From contig WJLW01000019.1 in assembly GCA_014728295.1 (NCBI GenBank), positions 72,527 through 136,526 of the forward strand: a stretch of DNA of 64,000 bases, given 5' to 3'. The translations under genes and the position numbers were made by a program. Source of the DNA: Chitinivibrionales bacterium. Lineage in GTDB: Bacteria > Fibrobacterota > Chitinivibrionia > Chitinivibrionales > WJKA01. How positions within the stretch are numbered: the stretch's first letter is position 1; each line of letters begins with the position of its first letter. Positions 27,221-38,718 of this stretch are shown here, piece by piece. The notes beneath the pieces were generated by a model, which saw only the letters and a list, made by a program, of their open reading frames with translations, ran no database searches and was not told where the DNA came from.

Positions 27221-29532
27221 TCACCAGGCAAGCAAAACAGTTCGGCGCATTTGCAGCGACGCGGTGCGAATATCGAGAACATAGGCGCCGTTGGGAAGGT
27301 TTTCGAGCGACAGAGCTGCCCACCCGTCCGATATGGTTCCCGCCAGGCGCTCAACAACCTTCCCGCGGACATCAATAGCTTTCACGGCAATATCTCGATG
27401 ATTGACCAAAGGCACATTTAAATACAAGACATTGTGCTCCGTCAACCGGACGCGCAATGCGCAATGCTCGTTGCGCGTGAACATATCTGCAAGGCGTGCA
27501 CGGCATTTTGGTTGTCAAATGCAAAATACGCAAATAAGCCGTCCCAGTTGTCTTGAGCTGCCGTCTTTTGCTCCATCGGTTCGCTGCTGCCCCATGAGGG
27601 TACATGTGCCGACGGCATCGAAGTAGCGTCATCTTCATCTTTGGCATGTGCCCCCACGGCAAATACCCCATGCGATGTTGGCCATATGCCGCTCAGTTGC
27701 TGGTGCGCACCGCCTGCTTGGGTGGAAATGTCCCAGGGCGCAGCAACGATGGTACTATAACGTAATGTCCTAAGATCTCGTGAGTAGACGCGTGCAAATT
27801 CGTTCCAGACCGAATGCCCTTCGGCCGGCTTTGGCATTTGCATATAAGCGTTTGAGGTGGTGATCGTTCGTCGGCCGGTTCCGAGCAGGTACACATTGCC
27901 ATTGCCATCAACTCGCACACTATTCGGCTCTGTTTTCGTGGTATTGACATCCGGCCATCCTCCATTGGGATTATACCAGCCGATAAGTAGTGGGTCATTC
28001 AACGACCCTTGCGTATTTGCACCTTCATTCATCTCGGCAACATAGGTGCTGTGTCGGATCTCTTCCGTATCGAGAGTGAAACGACCGATCCACGATATAT
28101 GGATATTGCCATTGGTGCCGGTAAACCGGTTCTGAAATGATCCTCCGGGATTGGCACTGTACTGAATACTGTTTCCATTCCAGAAATTGATCACATTGTT
28201 ACCATGACACCGGGCTACCACCACCAAAGCTCCGCCGCCGGGTGCACTGTAATCGATTGCAAGTCCGTCAACGTACTGATCGGGGCTGGAGGTCGTCACA
28301 TCTCCCGACGTTACATCGCCGCTGCTATCCTTATCAATAAACTCCGCATACAAGCGGCTCCACCACTTCAAACGCCCTTCGTTGTCCATAGCAACCACCG
28401 CCGGTTCATAGTCGGGATTACCGCCCGGCAGAACTGATTGGTTGTTATAGCCGAAATACAGATGGTTGTTGCGCCGGTCGATAGCAATCCCACCCACGCG
28501 ATTCGTCGGCTTACCCGACAGGCGGTAGCCGGTATAGCCGCCTTTGGATGAATATCCCTTCGGTCCGGAAAAATAGTAGTCATTGGGCCATTTTCCTTTT
28601 TTGCGTCCGCCGTTGCCATCATTTTGCCAGAGGTTGTAATCGTCGATAGTCCACGAACGCAAGCTTCCCCTTCCTGTTTTCATGACGATACCGCTCCATT
28701 TTGGGGTACCGTTGCTGTTGTTGTAGATATCGAGGGTTGTTGCGATCTCGGTCGGTTGATCGGTCCAGTGCGTGCGCCAGTGCGTAACCGTCGTCAGGCT
28801 GCCCTGGGCGTCAAGTTTTTCGATAATCGCCCAGTCAAAATCAAACTCTGCGCCCCGTCCGAATACAACACTGCCGTCATTACCGACATCCCAGGGCTGA
28901 ATCTCACCATAGGAAGACAGACCATTCATAGTGCCGCCGGCGCGTCTTGCCGGGCATTCAGCATCATAGCTCCAGTCAAGATCATCCGGAACGCCGTTGA
29001 CGAAATTATTGTTCAACCGCGCAATGACATATCCGTTCAATGTCTGCCCCCTGTTATTTACCCCGGTGGCATTGATGCGCGTTCCGGAGATATAAAGGCC
29101 GCCGGTTGCCTCTCCGGGAATATTCGTCGTGCGCATGCGCCTGATATCCTGCAAGGTTCCTTCGGGAAAGTAAATAACCGACAGCACCTGCTCCATATCA
29201 GCGCTCAACTGCATTATGAAACCAATGCACCCATCGGCGCGTGAATCGATTCCCGTCGCGGGCAGCTTCTTCTTGGTGGCCGACGAAGGTATCCACCCCA
29301 GATCGGCCGTCTGACCGGCAATAAGAATCGTACCGTCCGACAACTGCAACACATCGGTATAAACATCCTCTCCCTGTGCGCCACTAAACGCAACGATATT
29401 GTCGCCCGGAGTGATAACCGGATATTGCGCCGCAGAAGCCACAATCGAGGTAATGATGATGACGGAGCACATGACTCGCATCGAGTTGCATAAGTTAATA
29501 AAGGCGTTATCGGCAAACAGTGCATTTCGCAT
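27221..29532 (-). CDS. Secreted beta-propeller-like protein whose T9SS-like C-terminal domain is separated by a frameshift
   Basis: GGAGA RBS, ATG 29532 and signal-like segment; Gly/Asn/Trp-rich beta sequence. The overlapping frame 27484-27221 encodes AIDVRGKVV...LPNGAYVLDI, a sorting-domain motif. Confidence 0.7.
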
Positions 29533-29737
29533 AGTATCTCCCTGAAAGAATAGTTGTGTTTGTACGCACATATTTATGATTTATGATTTTTAGTATTTCA
29601 TACTACTGTACTGTGCATTTAGTTAACGCTCTTTTTCGAGAAGATAAGAGTCGCTTATTGTCATGATCCGGGTACTCGATAACGCAGAATGTGCCAATAC
29701 CTGCGTTTCTGCCTGAAAAACTCAATGCATACTCGAC

Positions 29738-32700
29738 CTAATCGATATCGTGCCGTCCTCCAATAACTTTCAACACCGGTTTGCGCCCGACACGTGAGAT
29801 GTAGACACCTGCCTGCATCGATTTTTTGCGAACATCACGGTGCCGTAGTTTTCTTCCATTGAGAGAATACATGGCGGATGAGGATTGTGATTCCATAGCA
29901 TGAGATTTGCGCCCGTATTCAGGTTGCACGTCACTCTTGAGCGATACCAGTCCGTCCACCTTGCGATACTCAACCTCAGCCGTTGCCGGATCTACGATAA
30001 TCTGCAGGCCCTTGCCCCCGACAGAAGCCGTCAGGGCGCCGCTGCCCCAGTTTTGCTCGACTATTTTTTCGCCATGCGTCACATGCCAGCTCTGCCATTT
30101 CGAAAAGTCAAGCAACTTGCCGTCGCACCAGACTTTCGGCGTCACGCCGGCTGGGGATATTGTTTTGAGAACAGCACTTTTATTAGCTTCACCATGCCAA
30201 TAGGGGTAATGGTCCCTGAGCGGCATGAACTCCATCCTGAGTTTACGGGCGCTTGATCCGATATATTCGACCCGATTCGCACCTGCCGCTGTCAGAGAAG
30301 TATTTGTTTGTATTGCGGATTTGAATCCGCCAAAGGAGCCGTGTTCTGCCTTTGTGCCCGCTTCGAGCACTAACGCTCCCAAAGTGGATGGTGCAAACTT
30401 CCAGGAATATTTTTCGTAGGCTCCGTCTTTGGAATAAGTTTCGTGGGCGGTAGCTGTTGCCTGATAGGGAATCAATGCGATATATACGCCATTGCCCAGA
30501 TCGGCGAATGCCGTTTTGTTGTCATACTCGACAGCTTTCGACGCCGGAATACCGACCCACAATTCATCGGCGCCGTTAATGATTCGCATCATGCAATTAC
30601 GATACTGCCCCACCTGCTCGTACGGTGAGCGGCCGCAGCTCAATTCCGAATTTGCAAATCCGCTTGCATTGCCGAATATCTGGACAGCGCCGTTGCTGCT
30701 GCCTTTGACGGCCATTTTCCAGACGCTCTGCTCCCAGAAACAGTCGATACCTTCGGGATAGTTCGTCGCAACGCTCGCAAGGGTATAGTTTTTTTCCAGG
30801 TAAAGCGTTTCGAAATCGAACCGGCGGCTGAGGCGGTGATCGCCCTTCCAGTGCGCATAATCCTCGTAGTCGCCCTGATAGAACGGTTTTGCACCGTGCA
30901 GCTCGACCGGCGTCCGGTATTTTCGATGCGCGATATCCAGCGCCACCAGAATGTATTCGAGGTGCTGACCGACGCCGCCCATGTTGTCTGAGACGCTAAG
31001 GGTCGGCAGGTAGATGCCGGGAGTGTTGAACGTAAAGGCCGGCTGCTGTCCGGAAGCTCTCCGGCTGTCGTCAAATCGCCAGTCGAATCCAAGATCGGCC
31101 AGGTCGTCATTGGGATCGGTGGTTTTTGCTCCATTGAAGGTGATCTCGAGCGGCGCCTGCCCTGCTCTGGTTGACATGTTAAAGGCTGCCTGCGGCGGCC
31201 CGAAGAAAAAGTCGCGCTGATCCCACCCACCGGTTGCATCGATCAACGTCAGGGAAACACGATAGTTATTTGACAATGGAGATGGATAGGTGTGCTGCAC
31301 GACGGTGCCGTTGCCCCAGTGCAGCGAATCATTGAAACTCCAGATATATTCAAGTGCGTCACCGTCTGCATCAGAAGAAGCAGATGCATTGAATTCAAGT
31401 TTCGTTCCGGATACCTGTCGCGCACTGAAAGCCGCGACGGGGGGTGTATTTGTGGTCATGCCTTTGCTGTGTTCAATGAAGGCAAAAAAACCATCATGTT
31501 TTCCGTCAAGTGTCGACTGCAATGGATTACGCAAGTAAAGTGAATGGCCGCTCGAATTCTGCGCGCTGCCACACCACACTATTTTTTGCGTTCCGTCGGC
31601 ATTTTTGCGCACGGCGAGTCCATGCGTTCCCCCTTTGCCGATGCGACTGCACAGCAGGCGTTGCGAAAAATCCGATTTGACGATGAGCAGATACGCGCCC
31701 CCGGTATAACCTCCGTTCGGATCAAAAGTCAACGGCAAACCCGACGCCGAAGCGCCCGCCAGATACATCGTTCCGTCTTCATCAACCGCCAGCGCGCCGT
31801 TTTTGATGCGTATGGTGTTCGACTTGTTATTGTCAAGCCGGTTGGTAAAAAACTGACCGTTGATATAATCGCCATTTTCGGGATTATAGCGTCCGTAAAA
31901 AAGGCTTGGGTCGGTACCGGTATTATAGCTCTGATTGTAGACATCACCGGTCGTCCAGGCAACATTTTGCATGACATCCTTGGGATCGTTGTCGAACACG
32001 AAATTTCCTCCGTCAACCTCGAAAACCAGATAGAGATACCCGTCTTTGCCGATAATGCAACGATGACCGCGGGCATCCGCCATGTTAGAACCGTTTGCGT
32101 TCAATTCACTTGACGCGTAATTGTAGCCTTCGAATATGGTGGTTCCGTCAAAGCTGCGTCCCTGATACGCCGGAACATCAACCGGATACTTCTTGCCGTT
32201 GCTGGTCATTGCGCCGTAATTTTTGAATCCGGTTGTAACGATGGTTTGATTGTTTTCGTCAACGCACACATCACGCGTGTAGTGCGAGTTTCCGCCGAAT
32301 GATCCCACCACCGCTCCTTGTGGAGAAAAGACCGTAATGGTAGCGCTGTTTATCTTTTGCGAGAGATGATCTCCAGCCGCAGACGTAAGAACGGCAAAAT
32401 AGCCTGAAGGCCCGGCATCGACGCGATGCGCATTGCCGTCAAATGATTTGGACCAGACCAGGTTTTTTGCCTGAGCACCCAGAATGATTACCCCGCCGTC
32501 CATTGCCGCGCAATAGATATTGTCATTTGCATCAATGCACACGTCAACAATTTTGTCCGCAACACGTGTCATCGATATAACTGTTGAACCGTCGGCTGCA
32601 ATCCGGATAATCGCACCGGAGCTGGATCCGGTTGCGCCATTGAGATGCGTTTCGGCTATGCCGCTAATCTTTTTGTCGCCAATTATGCCTGCTAAAACCA

Positions 32701-32860
32701 GTACGCCGTCTGATTGAATTGCGGCTCCATAGAGTGCTTCACCATCGCCGCTACCGCCGAAATAGGTGGAAACGTCAATGCCGTATTCATTGCTGCCGGC
32801 AAAAAGAGTAGCCGAGACAGCGAATACCGCTCCCAATACTTGTACGAATTTTTTAATCAT
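29738..32860 (-). CDS. Secreted protein: beta-propeller, two PKD domains, unrelated beta-rich region, sorting tail
   Basis: Signal peptide; STYFGGSG; NTPPVAAF..FNASASSDADGDAL.Y.WSF and G.APL.ITF...W.FDD PKD motifs; C-terminal YSLNGRK...AGVYI. Confidence 0.8.
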   Translation of the reverse strand: MIKKFVQVLGAVFAVSATLFAGSNEYGIDVSTYFGGSGDGEALYGAAIQSDGVLVLAGIIGDKKISGIAETHLNGATGSSSGAIIRIAADGSTVISMTRVADKIVDVCIDANDNIYCAAMDGGVIILGAQAKNLVWSKSFDGNAHRVDAGPSGYFAVLTSAAGDHLSQKINSATITVFSPQGAVVGSFGGNSHYTRDVCVDENNQTIVTTGFKNYGAMTSNGKKYPVDVPAYQGRSFDGTTIFEGYNYASSELNANGSNMADARGHRCIIGKDGYLYLVFEVDGGNFVFDNDPKDVMQNVAWTTGDVYNQSYNTGTDPSLFYGRYNPENGDYINGQFFTNRLDNNKSNTIRIKNGALAVDEDGTMYLAGASASGLPLTFDPNGGYTGGAYLLIVKSDFSQRLLCSRIGKGGTHGLAVRKNADGTQKIVWCGSAQNSSGHSLYLRNPLQSTLDGKHDGFFAFIEHSKGMTTNTPPVAAFSARQVSGTKLEFNASASSDADGDALEYIWSFNDSLHWGNGTVVQHTYPSPLSNNYRVSLTLIDATGGWDQRDFFFGPPQAAFNMSTRAGQAPLEITFNGAKTTDPNDDLADLGFDWRFDDSRRASGQQPAFTFNTPGIYLPTLSVSDNMGGVGQHLEYILVALDIAHRKYRTPVELHGAKPFYQGDYEDYAHWKGDHRLSRRFDFETLYLEKNYTLASVATNYPEGIDCFWEQSVWKMAVKGSSNGAVQIFGNASGFANSELSCGRSPYEQVGQYRNCMMRIINGADELWVGIPASKAVEYDNKTAFADLGNGVYIALIPYQATATAHETYSKDGAYEKYSWKFAPSTLGALVLEAGTKAEHGSFGGFKSAIQTNTSLTAAGANRVEYIGSSARKLRMEFMPLRDHYPYWHGEANKSAVLKTISPAGVTPKVWCDGKLLDFSKWQSWHVTHGEKIVEQNWGSGALTASVGGKGLQIIVDPATAEVEYRKVDGLVSLKSDVQPEYGRKSHAMESQSSSAMYSLNGRKLRHRDVRKKSMQAGVYISRVGRKPVLKVIGGRHDID

Positions 32861-32947
32861 TAGTGCGTCCTTTGGAAAGTTTTACCTGCATGCCTGCTGC
32901 CAGCTGCTTATCTATGATTTGCTCTATAGTAAAGCGCTGTCCGGCTC

Positions 32948-35118
32948 TTAACGGACATACACAACCTGCCGAACTATCTTCGGCATTGTATCTCCCGACA
33001 CCAGAACAATAAATCTGCCGGATTGCATAGCCTGCCTGAGTGGCAGCAGCGCAAGGCTGCCGTTTCGCATCCTGGTTTTCAGGTTTACCAGCGTCCTGCC
33101 GGTATGATCGAAAACCTGAATGCGCAGGCCGTTCATTCTATCAGGAAGATTATCGAGGTACATAATCTGGTTGCCAATGCGCAGGTTCGCCGTCAAGTCA
33201 TACCCAGAAACAAAATCCCGAACGGTATGCGACAACGCTCCACCAACAGCAACCCAGTCACCAGCGCCGGCATCGTTATCATCGCAATTGATAGCGACAA
33301 CGCGGTATTGGGCCGCAGCCCCGGTTGGCAAAGAATAATCGATCCACTCCTGCCGGTTGAAATCATATCCTGCCGGTGCTGCGCAATTGCAGGGCCCGCC
33401 GTTCCCGGCGCCGGTTGGGGCATAGTCCAGGTTTGTGCTTCCGTTTGAATGACGGGGTCGATACGCAATTGTAGTCGCCGGTCCCGATCCAATTCTGCGT
33501 TCGACGCGAAAGCCGATCTCATTATCCGCCTGATCCTGCCAGGTAATCTTCGCACCGAAATCAACCGCTTCAACCAAAGCATTGGCGGGGGCAGAGGGGA
33601 CGCCCGGGGGACAGTCGTGCAGAAAATCCTGCACACCGCTTCCCGATATGCCGTCATCAGCTTCATTCTTGACAATGGCGATATCGGCAAATACATTCGA
33701 TGCCGGTTTGCGAATGCCAACGTTTCCCGAAGTCTTGTTACGCAATTGCAGGAGCCCCAGCACATGGACATCATACGGGGCAATGTACCCCTTGTCCGAT
33801 GCCTGATTTGCATGCGCGAAGCAACGATTGTCTGTCCAGGAGTGAGAGAAGGTCTCTACCTCGTTGTGGCGCTGTACGAGCATACCTTCGCCGTCATTAC
33901 CACCGGAACCGGCTTCTTTGACCTGGTTGTTATGCGCCCAGACATTCATGCCGCCGAAATCGTAGCCGCGATTCATGTAATCTGAAGCCCCGTCTCCGTC
34001 AATACAGGAATTATAGGTGGGCGTTCCGTTGAGGAATTCTTTATGCGCAACATTATCTTTGACAACCATCCAGGTCCCCGAAACTTCGAAGCTTTTGTTG
34101 CCCCGGTTGTAAACCCAGTTGTCACGCACGATAACATCCAGGGCATAGTAACCGGTGTGCGCAACAACATCACAGCGGTTACGGTACATGCCGATGAGCT
34201 GCTTGTTGACGTCTACGCAGAGGCGGTTGTCTGCCGATGATCCCGTCTGGGGAATAACATTATTGCCAACCAAAATATGATCGCCGTACACGCTGATGAT
34301 TCCGCCAAAGCGCCACGATTCATCGTCTGAGGAGAAAGTGGAGCAGTTTGCCTTGTTCAGCGCATAATTATGAATCTTCGCATCGGTAAACCTGCACCCG
34401 AATACGAAACGCTGTTTGCCAAACGAAAGCCTGCCGCTGTCATATTTGCCCGATGTGCCGTCACCGGCGAACGGATCCATGATATGCGTACCGTCCGGGT
34501 TGCGCTCGCCCCAGCCGTTGACATGATTGGCGGAAAGCCAGGAGTCTGCTACCGCCCAGCTTGCAGCCCAGTCTGTTGCGTCAAAGCCAAAGTGTACATA
34601 GCCGTTTTGCACCTCCACCCAGGCGATGCCGATGCGTGATGCATTTGCCGGTTGCGAACCGATATGATTATGCAGGCCGGGTCCGCCAGAGTTACGTGAA
34701 GTAAAGTTGAACACGGTTTTCAATGCACGCAGACCGGCCGCGTCATAGCTTATAACCGCAGCCTCATCAGACACCGGGGCCTGTCCTCTGATTACTACCC
34801 CTTCCTTGAGCATCAGCCCCCTCCCATTGGGCCCGTCGGGTACGTCAAATGAATAGGTCCCCTGTGGATAATACAATACACCCCCGCCTTGTGCGTATAA
34901 TTCATCGCGGGCATTTTCGAATTTTTCAAAATGGTCAGCGCCGACCTTGTAATATGACATGTCGACGACCCGATCCCATGCTATCGCATCTGTCCATGAA
35001 GGACTGCCTGTTTGGTCATCATAATACGAAGCAACGGGATTATCCACAGGTGGTGCTGCAACACGCATTGCGTTGCGAAGACTATTCCGGTGCTGCATAA
35101 GGCCAAACGTCCAAACAT
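32948..35118 (-). CDS. Secreted pectate-lyase-superfamily-like beta-helix protein with FN3 and T9SS-like tail; signal peptide out of frame by one base
   Basis: GGGVLYYPQGTY, Asn-ladder repeats, ITWQDQADNEIGFRVER (FN3), IQVFDHTGR...SGRFIV. GGAG + ATG 35118 encodes MFGRLALCSTGIVFATQCV, which joins the long frame near 35060. Confidence 0.75.
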
Positions 35119-35230
35119 AGGCAGGGCTCCAAAAAAATGATTATACGTGAAAAATTGACCCGGTTGGCGCATCACACTCCGAATCGCTCAATTGCCGGTC
35201 TACTGGCTGTCGAAGGGTACCGGCCTTTTT

Positions 35231-36757
35231 TCATGGGCACATCTGCAGGGTATCCCACCCCGGTTGCTGCTGTTCGAGCCAGGTTTCCAGCGTGACGGAT
35301 ACATTGCAGAGTTTGTTGTTGCTAATTCTGAAATGACCCAGATATTTGATTTCCTTAATGGAAAGCGGCAAATCTGAAAGATTATTATCGCTGACATCGA
35401 AGGTAACCAGTTTCGGTTTCCGGTAGCCGATGCATGACGGCAGTGAATCCAGTTCGTTTTTTTCAATTTGCAGTTCTCTCAACATTACCAGATTGCATAA
35501 ACCTTCCGGTAACCAGGTAAGATGGTTATCGCTTAAGCTGAGCTTTTCGAGCGTCACTGCCTCTCCAAGCGTCGAGGGCAGGTAGTCGATCTGGTTTGCC
35601 GCAACGCTCATTCGCTTGATTCCGGGCAATTGAAACAATTCTGCGGGTAACCGGGTAAGCTTGTTTGATTGAGCAAGGAAATGCTGCAGCGAAGAGAGTT
35701 GGTCAATTGCGCTCGAAATCGAGTCGATACTGTTGCCGCCGAGATGCAGTTCATTCAATGCACCGCACGAATACACAACATCCGGAACGCGTTGGAAAGC
35801 ATTGACGGTCAGCGAAAGCACGGTCAGGCTACTGCACGACGCCAGCTCGAACGGCAAGAAGGTGAGCTGGTTTGTATCGAGATACACATGCTGCAATTTG
35901 TCAAGCTCACCAATTTCCGGAGGTATCGTATGTAAACCTAACGCGCGGGCGGCCAGCGTCGTCACCTGCTGCGTTGTCGAATCGACGATTGCGATCTTCG
36001 TCGCCGGCATGGCCGACAAGCCATTCGAGTCCAGCAGCGCCCGAATTGCCGTAGTATCATGAACGAAGTTGATCCGATGCTCAATAACGCCAATATCCAT
36101 TTCGGCATTTTCGCGTATGCGTGCGGGAACGCAATCCACAACCGGTACATCGTTATACGAGGCAACGATGTTGAGCTTGAAAGATTGCCTGCTCAAATTG
36201 CCGGTGTGCGGCACATGCGAAAAAGCAAACATTCCATTCGAATCGATACGGGCGGTACGCTCGAGACCGTGAATGCGAACATAGCCAGGGACCTGCCGGT
36301 TGACGTACCGCATGTTGAGCTTCCCGACAAGAGCACCGGCCGGCGTGAGCGAAATCGTATCCAGATCGATACGTGCCGTGCCGCGGTAAATTATCAATTC
36401 ATTGACATATGTAAAAACGGCAGCCGGACCGGTTGAGTCCCAGATCTCAATGTAGTAATTACCCGGCTCAATATTTTCCAATGCACACATTCCTTGTGCA
36501 TCGACGGTAGCGTTTACCCTCTGCATCATTGACTTGCTGAGCATGATTGCCGCCGTATCAGCCAGGTACGAATCGGGACGTATCCGCACCAGCGCCCCGC
36601 GGGCGGGTGTGCCATCCGGTCTCATCACGCTGCAGGATACCCTCGCATTTCCGGTGTTGGTGGTTCCGGCAATATCATCAACGTTGCTGCTGCAAGACAG
36701 CATAGCGACAAGAGCTGCAAGTCCAACGAACGGATGAATGTGTCCTGTCAACCTCAC
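35231..36757 (-). CDS. Lipoprotein with carboxypeptidase-regulatory-like beta domains and leucine-rich repeats
   Basis: GTG 36757 overlaps the upstream TGA and follows GGAGG; lipobox MLSC; about 9 LxxLxLxxNxLxxLP repeats. Confidence 0.85.
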   Translation of the reverse strand: MRLTGHIHPFVGLAALVAMLSCSSNVDDIAGTTNTGNARVSCSVMRPDGTPARGALVRIRPDSYLADTAAIMLSKSMMQRVNATVDAQGMCALENIEPGNYYIEIWDSTGPAAVFTYVNELIIYRGTARIDLDTISLTPAGALVGKLNMRYVNRQVPGYVRIHGLERTARIDSNGMFAFSHVPHTGNLSRQSFKLNIVASYNDVPVVDCVPARIRENAEMDIGVIEHRINFVHDTTAIRALLDSNGLSAMPATKIAIVDSTTQQVTTLAARALGLHTIPPEIGELDKLQHVYLDTNQLTFLPFELASCSSLTVLSLTVNAFQRVPDVVYSCGALNELHLGGNSIDSISSAIDQLSSLQHFLAQSNKLTRLPAELFQLPGIKRMSVAANQIDYLPSTLGEAVTLEKLSLSDNHLTWLPEGLCNLVMLRELQIEKNELDSLPSCIGYRKPKLVTFDVSDNNLSDLPLSIKEIKYLGHFRISNNKLCNVSVTLETWLEQQQPGWDTLQMCP

Positions 36758-37611
36758 GTGCGCCCTCCCGGCAAAAGCGAGTGGCCATTTGCTACATCCG
36801 ACACCGGAAACAACTGCACGTTCAGTTGGCATACCTGCGTATGCGGTTCGGCGCTATTATTAACAAGCGTGACAATTCTGTCTTTGAATGCGTCTATTTC
36901 GGCATTGATTGCCTTGTACAACTCCGGTGTGCAGGTCAGAGTAATGCCCGAGGCGTGCCGCCGATCGAGTGGGAAACGCTCAACGGCCTCACCGGCACGC
37001 GCGATCATTTCCCGATTAAAGCTGCGTACCGCCAGCGAGATAACTTCACTGCCGGTACCAAGCGCTTTGTCATTCTGCATATATCGGCCCGGTTCGACTT
37101 CTTGCACCAAACCGAGATTCAGCAATAAGGTCAGTGACTTCTTTGCCTGAGCAGGTGTGATCGCAGGAACAACCATCTTTGCAATCGTCTTGAAATCACC
37201 GTCAAATTTCACCATGCAGAACAGCTCGCGCAGCACCGGATTATACCATTTGTCAAAGTAATCGTATAATTCCGGTGCGAGGACCCGCTCGTTGATGCGA
37301 TTCATCATCGAACGAAGTAGAGCGTAGCATTCCTGCTTCTGGTGGGATGTGCGGGCCTGATTAAATTTGACAAGACTGGAAAAATAGCGAGCCTGCTTAT
37401 CGGAAAGCTTGAGCGCACTCATGAAGCGCTCACACATGGTATCGGTCAGATTGCGATCACCTTCGATTACCTGCTTGAGGAAAACCGGCGATTTGATACC
37501 GGCCTTTTGTGCAAAGAAACGATACGAGAAAGCGGCACTTTCCTGCTTTCTCGTCGCATAATAATCGGCTAAAAACCGACGGTAATCGATATAATCAAAG
37601 ATGCTTTTCAT
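36754..37611 (-). CDS. TIGR02147/DUF4423-family protein (putative HTH regulator)
   Basis: IFDY.DYR.FL.DYY...K....FSYR.FA.KAG..SP.FL..VI.G.RNL; WY..V.REL; QLNVQLFP. Confidence 0.9.
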   Translation of the reverse strand: MKSIFDYIDYRRFLADYYATRKQESAAFSYRFFAQKAGIKSPVFLKQVIEGDRNLTDTMCERFMSALKLSDKQARYFSSLVKFNQARTSHQKQECYALLRSMMNRINERVLAPELYDYFDKWYNPVLRELFCMVKFDGDFKTIAKMVVPAITPAQAKKSLTLLLNLGLVQEVEPGRYMQNDKALGTGSEVISLAVRSFNREMIARAGEAVERFPLDRRHASGITLTCTPELYKAINAEIDAFKDRIVTLVNNSAEPHTQVCQLNVQLFPVSDVANGHSLLPGGRT

Positions 37612-37850
37612 CAATTATCGCAAAAATATGAGATAAACTGAATACACTGCTCATCATTAAAATAGCTAATACTGAGGGATAATGCGTGCTTATTGCCGCG
37701 AAATCAAAATTTTCGTACTCAAATTGAATACGTTGCTCCGTTTTACCAATCACTATCCTGCAAAAAAGCTTTCGCCGGCTCGATGCGTTCTCAGCCTTGG
37801 TAAATGGGCAAAACGTTAGTATTTTGAAATATCGTTTTCGAAAGGCATGC

Positions 37851-38702
37851 ATGAAGCTTCTCAGATTTGGCGAATTCGGCCGGGAAAAACCGGGAATCGA
37901 ACTCGCAACCGGACAGCGCAAGGATTTGTCGGCGCATTTTGCCGATTGGAATCGAGACTTTTTTCAGAGTAATGGTCTTGCTGCGTTGCGGAAATTACTT
38001 GACAGCGGCAAGAACTTGCCGGATGTTGCCCCCGGGCTGCGTCACGGATCATGTGTTGCACGACCGGGCAAAATTGTTGCCATTGGCTTGAATTACCGAG
38101 ATCATGCAGCGGAATCAAACCTGGCGGTTCCGCAAGAGCCGGTCATCTTTTTCAAGGCGCCCAATACAACGGTCGGCCCGTATGACGATATCCTCATCCC
38201 GCGCAACAGCACCAAAACCGACTGGGAAATTGAGCTGGGCGTTATCATCGCCAGGGATGTGCGCTATCTGGCTTCTCAAACACAGGCGGCCGACCATATT
38301 GCCGGCTATTGCATATCTCACGACGTCTCTGAGCGCGAGTTTCAGCTCGAACACGGCGGGCAGTGGGTCAAAGGCAAGTCGTGCGACACCTTCAACCCGC
38401 TGGGTCCCGTGCTGGTGACCCCCGATGATATTGAAGACATCGCTAATCTTGACATGCACCTTGCGGTCAATGGTGAAACCCGCCAGAAGGGAAACACACG
38501 AAACATGGTTTTCGGACCGCATTATCTCGTCTATTACCTCTCGCAATTCATGACGCTCGAAGCGGGTGATCTCATTACCACCGGCACTCCGGCAGGTGTC
38601 GGCCTGGGATTCGATCCGCCACAATTTCTGCAGCAGGGAGACGTCGTTTCCTTGACAATCGACCACCTGGGTTCTCAGCGGCAACAATGCCGCAACGCAT
38701 AA
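37851..38702 (+). CDS. Fumarylacetoacetate hydrolase family protein
   Basis: MKLLRFG..G.EKPG, KIVAIGLNY.DHA, DWEIELG, DVSER, W.KGKS.DTF.PLGP, GDLI.TGTP.GVG. Confidence 0.93.
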   Translation: MKLLRFGEFGREKPGIELATGQRKDLSAHFADWNRDFFQSNGLAALRKLLDSGKNLPDVAPGLRHGSCVARPGKIVAIGLNYRDHAAESNLAVPQEPVIFFKAPNTTVGPYDDILIPRNSTKTDWEIELGVIIARDVRYLASQTQAADHIAGYCISHDVSEREFQLEHGGQWVKGKSCDTFNPLGPVLVTPDDIEDIANLDMHLAVNGETRQKGNTRNMVFGPHYLVYYLSQFMTLEAGDLITTGTPAGVGLGFDPPQFLQQGDVVSLTIDHLGSQRQQCRNA

Positions 38703-38718
38703 CACAAAAGAGGCGCCA

